Positions 14,926 through 19,557 of a stretch of DNA of 19,557 nt are shown piece by piece. The notes under the pieces were generated by a model. The model was not told where the DNA came from. It was given only the letters and a program-made list of their open reading frames with translations, and made no database searches. How positions within the stretch are numbered: the stretch's first letter is position 1; every line of letters begins with the position of its first letter. This DNA comes from a virus (Duplodnaviria > Heunggongvirae > Uroviricota > Caudoviricetes), in IMG/VR virus record IMGVR_UViG_2529293142_000017, positions 1 to 19,557 of that record. One strand, written 5' to 3'. The translations under genes were made by a program, and so were the position numbers.

Positions 14926-16755
14926 ATGTTAGAAATTAACACTTCTAAAATTAAGAACACAGTTACATTTAGTGTAGATAAAGACAGCTTGAAAAAAGCG
15001 AAAGACTCTATTACAGGCTTAAAGGAATTCGCAGAAAATATCAAGCCAGCTAAATTAAGGTTTGATAATGTCACTAAAGGCTATAAGAAAGCACAAAACG
15101 AAGTAGACAAGATTGCTCAACAGAAAGCCAAAACAGAAAAACAGAATCAAAGAGCACAAGCTGCCGCAGCAAGAGCACAGGCAAGGCAACAGGCACAAAT
15201 AGCAGCACGCAAGGAGAAAGCAGAATTAAAGCTCCTTGATGTGTCAAGCTCTATCAGTGCAATGCACCGTCTCTCTGTAGCTGAACAATACAAAGCTATT
15301 GCACAGGCTAGAGAGATAGCAAAACAATATGAGCAAGGGGCTATCTCGCTTGCACGTATGAATAGCCAGATGAAACGCCTACAACAGCAACAACGTAAGA
15401 TTAATGGCAACCGAAAAGCACAATTAGCCCCCGTTAAGGGAGGATCAGGGAATTCCGCCACTATGGGCGCTCTGTTATTTGGAGGCGCTACGGCTGCTGC
15501 TGGCGTGATGGCTGTTAGTAAAGCCTCTGAATTTATGGCTAATAGCTTCGCTAACGCAGAGACACAAGGAGAGCTAATTCAACGTGCAAGGCTTGGCGGT
15601 GTAGACGTTAACCAGATGTATAATATTACAGAATGGGCGTATAAAAACGGCGTTGACTCTATGATGGGTGATCAAGGGGCTAGAAAATACCTGGATCAGA
15701 TGAAAGATGTTAGGGAACGTGCCGCAAAATCCTACAGTGAAGCTGAATTGGTGAAAGATAAGAAAACCGGAAAATCTGAATGGAAAGGCGGTGATAACGC
15801 TATTAATGAACTTCTAAACATCGGTGTTATTAACAAAAGCGACCTTAAAAAATTTGCTGATAATCCAGCCGGATTAATTTCTAAGGCTGTTAATGGAATG
15901 ATGAAAAAAGGGTTTTCAGACTCCCAAATTGGACAACGTTTAGAAGACCTGGGCGATGATTTGATGCTTACGTCAAAATATTGGCAACGTTCCGTTAAAG
16001 ATGTACAAGAAAGTATTAATCAGCAAAAAGCCTCTGGAAAATGGCTAACAGAAACACAGCAAGAATCTATCGTTAAATTCAGAGAACTAAACAGACAGCT
16101 TTCACAGCTTTCTGATGCAAGACAAGTAGCATTTGTAGACGGCTTTATGAAATCTCTCGATCCAAAAGTAACGGAAGAGTTTTTGAAAAACCTTTCTAAT
16201 CTCACTCCGTATTTTACGAAGCTGGGAGAAGCTACAGGAAGTCTCTTTGAAGCTATTATGAAGATTGTAAACTGGTTTAATCGTAATGATGATAAGACAG
16301 ATGCTATTCAGAAAAATTTAGGTGATGCACCGCCTTTGAGTAATGAAGGGATGAAACAGCATCTTTCTAATCTCGTTCCTGACCAATATAAAGGCGCTGG
16401 CACTGCAACAACTACACCTGATAATAGTCATTCTCTCTTTAACACGATTAAGGGATTGCTTTTCGATGATAATTCTTCTGTGTCAGATGTAAAAATGTCA
16501 GTCAATGAAGCACCGATAACCAATCTCAAACAGGGTGCTTTAAATAATCTTGCAATGACAACTCCGGCTTATAATTTATCTCCTGTGTTTAATCTGAATC
16601 CGACCTTTGAAGTGGTAACAGAGGTTCCTCTTACTATTAATTCTGACACATCAAGATTAAGCGATTATGTGGATTTTACAGCGAGAGCAAGTCGGGATAG
16701 CTTCTTGAAATCATTAACATTAACCAGCTTATCAGGACAATCCAACGGCGGGTAA
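14926..16755 (+). CDS. Hypothetical protein (609 aa) resembling a tape-measure or pilot protein: basic Gln/Ala-rich coiled coil plus a Gly/Ala hydrophobic segment
   Basis: AAGGGG RBS 9 nt before ATG. Residues ~60-170 are Lys/Gln/Ala-rich helix (QKAKTEKQNQRAQAAAARAQARQQAQIAARKEKAE), followed by GALLFGGATAAAGVMAV. No signal peptide and no enzymatic motif recognised. Confidence 0.8.
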   Translation: MLEINTSKIKNTVTFSVDKDSLKKAKDSITGLKEFAENIKPAKLRFDNVTKGYKKAQNEVDKIAQQKAKTEKQNQRAQAAAARAQARQQAQIAARKEKAELKLLDVSSSISAMHRLSVAEQYKAIAQAREIAKQYEQGAISLARMNSQMKRLQQQQRKINGNRKAQLAPVKGGSGNSATMGALLFGGATAAAGVMAVSKASEFMANSFANAETQGELIQRARLGGVDVNQMYNITEWAYKNGVDSMMGDQGARKYLDQMKDVRERAAKSYSEAELVKDKKTGKSEWKGGDNAINELLNIGVINKSDLKKFADNPAGLISKAVNGMMKKGFSDSQIGQRLEDLGDDLMLTSKYWQRSVKDVQESINQQKASGKWLTETQQESIVKFRELNRQLSQLSDARQVAFVDGFMKSLDPKVTEEFLKNLSNLTPYFTKLGEATGSLFEAIMKIVNWFNRNDDKTDAIQKNLGDAPPLSNEGMKQHLSNLVPDQYKGAGTATTTPDNSHSLFNTIKGLLFDDNSSVSDVKMSVNEAPITNLKQGALNNLAMTTPAYNLSPVFNLNPTFEVVTEVPLTINSDTSRLSDYVDFTARASRDSFLKSLTLTSLSGQSNGG

Positions 16756-16786
16756 TTCCCGCCATAACATTACAAGGAAAATTATT

Positions 16787-17500
16787 ATGGCAACGGCGGG
16801 AATTTTAACCATACGATCAGCAAATACTCCAGAACAACACGTTCAGGCTGTTTACAAAGCAGAACAAGATATAAACTCTACAAAAAACGAAAATAGCAAA
16901 GCTAATAAAACAAAAGGAGAGAACGGATTTGCTATTGTTACCAGTGGACTGGCATCTTCTGGCAATGACGTTTATGAAAATTATATGGCACTGGCCTTTG
17001 ACAGTGTTGACGACGTGAACGTGAGACGTTCGGCAGATGTTACAAGCTACCCCGTAGAAAATGGTGCTACTGTGTCTGATCACGTTCAAATTAAAAACAA
17101 TAAATTTTCTCTTAAAGGAAGGATCACTGAAACACCGATTAAAAGCGATCCTGGCTTGTTAAAGAGTGCAGGGGTGAACGGGAACAGAAGATCATTAGCT
17201 ATCGACTACCTGAATCAGATTATGGACAGTAGACAGCCTTTTCTTCTTGTTACAGAAAATAAAACTTTTGAGAACGTTGTTTTAACAGGCATCGAATACA
17301 CAGAAGAGGCAAGCGAATCCCTGGTATTTGATCTTAGCTTTGAGCAGATCAGGCTCGTTTCGTATGGCACTGTAAACACTGTAGCTCTCAAAACACAGCC
17401 ATCTAAGAACATTGGGGCTAATATGAAAAAACGTGTTAACACTGAAAAATCAAGTAGTGAAGGTGAAGACACTATTACTCCTGCCTTTAAACAGGAATAG
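16787..17500 (+). CDS. Hypothetical protein (237 aa), structural-like, co-transcribed with the 609-aa gene
   Basis: AAGGA RBS about 9 nt before ATG, 31 nt after the previous stop. Beta-rich composition (VTSYPVENGATVSDHVQIKNNKFSLKGRITETPI). Confidence 0.8.
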   Translation: MATAGILTIRSANTPEQHVQAVYKAEQDINSTKNENSKANKTKGENGFAIVTSGLASSGNDVYENYMALAFDSVDDVNVRRSADVTSYPVENGATVSDHVQIKNNKFSLKGRITETPIKSDPGLLKSAGVNGNRRSLAIDYLNQIMDSRQPFLLVTENKTFENVVLTGIEYTEEASESLVFDLSFEQIRLVSYGTVNTVALKTQPSKNIGANMKKRVNTEKSSSEGEDTITPAFKQE

Positions 17501-17542
17501 CTGTAAATGCCTCTAAAACGCTCTGTAACGATGTAATTATAA

Positions 17543-17573
17543 AAGAGGCTACCAATCTATGTTGAAGCCTCTT
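17543..17573. terminator. Hairpin between convergent genes (possible bidirectional terminator)
   Basis: AAGAGGC-N17-GCCTCTT with flanking A/T, between the 237-aa gene stop (17500) and the integrase stop (17582). Confidence 0.45.
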
Positions 17574-17581
17574 TATTGCGT

Positions 17582-18946
17582 CTATGGCGTTGTTTTACGC
17601 CTTAAATTTGATTTTTTATTGATTGATAAGCCTTTCTCTATTTCAGGGTAGCGTAGAAGCTCAATATATTTTTTAAGCTCTACTGGAGAAGCTGCATTCT
17701 TGCTATATGTGCGGAATGTCTCTGTATTACCGCGTGTATGGCCCAGGAGAAGGGCGATCCTGTCTTCTGGAATTTGATTTCGATCAAGAAGCTGTGCTAC
17801 TCCGTGTCTCAGAGAATGAAACACCTTCCTTTCTGTTCCCTTTTCCCCTAAAGCCTTTCGTTTAGCTCTTGTAAATCTCTGCGTGTGCCACGTGGAACGT
17901 TTACCATCAGCACGCTCTGTAATGCTGGCGTGATAGAACAAAAAGCCATTGTGAGGCTTTTCACGAAGAGATAACACCAATGGAGTGATAAGGCTATGCA
18001 CAGGCACAAGACGTGCCGCAGCTTTCGTTTTTCCCTGTGTGATTTCAAAACACAGCACACCTTCGATCTCTTTCACATCGTCTATTGTGAGACTTGCTAT
18101 CTCATTGATCCGCATACCTGTATAAGCACCGATAAGACACAAAGCCATCATTTCTTTGTTTTCTGCTGAATTACCGGAAAATACTTGCAACACTTGCAAT
18201 AGCTCTTTGTTAGAAAATGCCTCATAGCTCTCTCTACTTTGTGCCACATCAAGCCTATGCCCTCGCCAGGGGGAGAGCGCCCTTTCTGGCGCATCGTGGT
18301 AACGTGATGAAGCTAACTCCCATAGCTGGGCCATTGGGCTGATATAATTTGCAATTGATTGTTGTGAAAGGGTTTTTTGCATGTGTTCAATCCAGCCTGT
18401 AACAGTGGTGCGGCTCACATCTTGCAATGCAATATCAGGCTTTTTACGGTAGGAGAGAAACATCTCTACCGCTTTTCTTGCCTTAGCTAAAGTGGCTGGC
18501 TTCTTCTTCGTGCTGTTAATTGTCAGGTAGATTTCAAGAATTTTAAGCAATGACGGACACGAAGACGCTGTATCTTGCACTCTGGTAGCTGTTTTGGCGT
18601 ATTTAGCCTTACTGCGTAACAGTTCCAGCGTGTTCTCTATTGTGCTGTTTACAGGAGCGACACTCTCCCGTAAACAATGGTATTCATCTGCAATCTGATC
18701 ACGCTTTCTACGTGCAACACGAAGATTACTTGTGTGTAGACTTCTGACAAACGTCCTTTTTCCTTCAAAAAAGGGCTGCATATACACAGGCAACGTGATC
18801 CTCAAATAGTAGTTACCGTAAGAATCACAGATTATGTATTGATTGGGCTTGTATCTCATAAACTCCCCGGCTAAAGTGTCGGAGCGTTTGTAATGTGAAA
18901 ATTGATTGTAACGCATAGAAAATGATAATTTTTCTATAAGATTCAA
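17582..18946 (-). CDS. Tyrosine recombinase / integrase of the P4 type
   Basis: C-terminal catalytic region with HSLRHGVAQLL and LLGHTRGNTETFRTYSK (R-H-R-Y architecture), and an N-terminal arm-binding-like domain. The track start is TTG at 18946; ATG at 18859 with a GGGGAG RBS is a more likely start (about 425 aa). Reads away from the adjacent att core. Confidence 0.9.
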   Translation of the reverse strand: MNLIEKLSFSMRYNQFSHYKRSDTLAGEFMRYKPNQYIICDSYGNYYLRITLPVYMQPFFEGKRTFVRSLHTSNLRVARRKRDQIADEYHCLRESVAPVNSTIENTLELLRSKAKYAKTATRVQDTASSCPSLLKILEIYLTINSTKKKPATLAKARKAVEMFLSYRKKPDIALQDVSRTTVTGWIEHMQKTLSQQSIANYISPMAQLWELASSRYHDAPERALSPWRGHRLDVAQSRESYEAFSNKELLQVLQVFSGNSAENKEMMALCLIGAYTGMRINEIASLTIDDVKEIEGVLCFEITQGKTKAAARLVPVHSLITPLVLSLREKPHNGFLFYHASITERADGKRSTWHTQRFTRAKRKALGEKGTERKVFHSLRHGVAQLLDRNQIPEDRIALLLGHTRGNTETFRTYSKNAASPVELKKYIELLRYPEIEKGLSINKKSNLRRKTTP

Positions 18947-19003
18947 TCAATTAGTAATGGTCGTAGGTGATGGCATTAACACGAGATTAATCGAGTGTTT
19001 TAC

Positions 19004-19021
19004 TCCTATTATCGGCACCAT
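19004..19021 (+). repeat. Attachment-site core copy (right): 18 bp identical to 6652-6669
   Basis: TCCTATTATCGGCACCAT, then AAAATCAA shared with the left copy after a 1-3 nt difference. A 10-mer GGTCGTAGGT resembling a tRNA T-arm lies 35 bp upstream (18959-18968). Confidence 0.7.
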
Positions 19022-19146
19022 TAAAATCAAAGAGTTACCCCATATTTAAATACACCACGTTTCCTCCTGTGCCGCATTTGTGCCATTGTAACCTTGGCAA
19101 TTCATCAAAATACTGTTCTGACATCAGGCAGTGCAGGTGCAGCTAT

Positions 19147-19557
19147 TTAAACCAATTGCTGCCGCCATTCTTTGACGTAGTCAATCAGGGCGCGGAGCTT
19201 TGGTGCAATATTGCGACGCTGTGGGAAATACAGATAGAAGCCCGGAAATTGTGGAAGAAAGTCATCAAGCAGCGATACAAGCTTACCGCTTTCAATATAT
19301 GGCCTGAAAGTTTCCTGAGTGGCAATTGTTATTCCTCCGCCGGCAAGAGCCAGCCTCAACATCAGACGCAGATCATTAGTCGTAATCTGCGGTTCAATCG
19401 CAAGGTCGAAAGTTCTCCCGTTTTCTTCAAATGGCCAGCGATAAGGCGCAACCTCCGGGGACTGACGCCAGCCGATACACTTATGGGTATTTCCCCCGGA
19501 GGCGAGAAAGCGCTCTCCACGCCCGGCCGCAAGGATCAGGACGACGGGGGCAGGCAT
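19147..19557 (-). CDS. LysR-family transcriptional regulator, C-terminal effector-binding domain only (chromosomal flank)
   Basis: 136 aa matching the LysR substrate-binding-domain pattern (LILAAGRGERFLA...LRLMLRLALAGGGITI...YLYFPQRR). No N-terminal HTH is present. The window ends exactly at an ATG, so this is either truncated by the window edge or a short or pseudogene form. Confidence 0.75.
   Translation of the reverse strand: MPAPVVLILAAGRGERFLASGGNTHKCIGWRQSPEVAPYRWPFEENGRTFDLAIEPQITTNDLRLMLRLALAGGGITIATQETFRPYIESGKLVSLLDDFLPQFPGFYLYFPQRRNIAPKLRALIDYVKEWRQQLV

Noticed and set aside
15147-15461. Minus-strand 104-aa Cys/Ala-rich ORF inside the 609-aa gene
   Set aside because: It is antisense to the Gln/Ala-rich coiled-coil region; GCN codon repeats create the spurious open frame.
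13593-16755. Integrated filamentous-phage (inovirus) module
   Set aside because: None of the candidate proteins has a Walker A P-loop as required for the pI/Zot morphogenesis ATPase, and there is no small coat protein with a signal peptide.

Overview
The window spans two horizontally acquired elements lying in tandem beside a LysR-type chromosomal gene. Positions 1-6550 are GC-rich and form the late-control and replication half of a P4-like phage satellite: delta and a frameshifted sid on the minus strand, divergent Ogr/Delta-type late promoter dyads around a TGTTCACC iteron cluster, an AlpA/Vis regulator, a candidate RNA-immunity leader, four small genes, and the 777-aa alpha primase-helicase followed by twin ~120-bp iteron repeats. 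An 18-bp core with the form of a tRNA 3' end (6652-6669) recurs exactly at 19004-19021 and brackets a ~12.3-kb AT-rich element. That element carries a serine recombinase, ~1.9 kb of repeat-dense non-coding DNA that looks like an origin, a plus-strand operon of small regulator-like genes, two operons of proteins with virion-structural character but no recognisable identity (342, 609 and 237 aa), and a P4-type tyrosine integrase. The AT-rich cargo is the main candidate for something undescribed. No homology search was possible, so all family assignments come from motifs, gene order, size and recalled knowledge.
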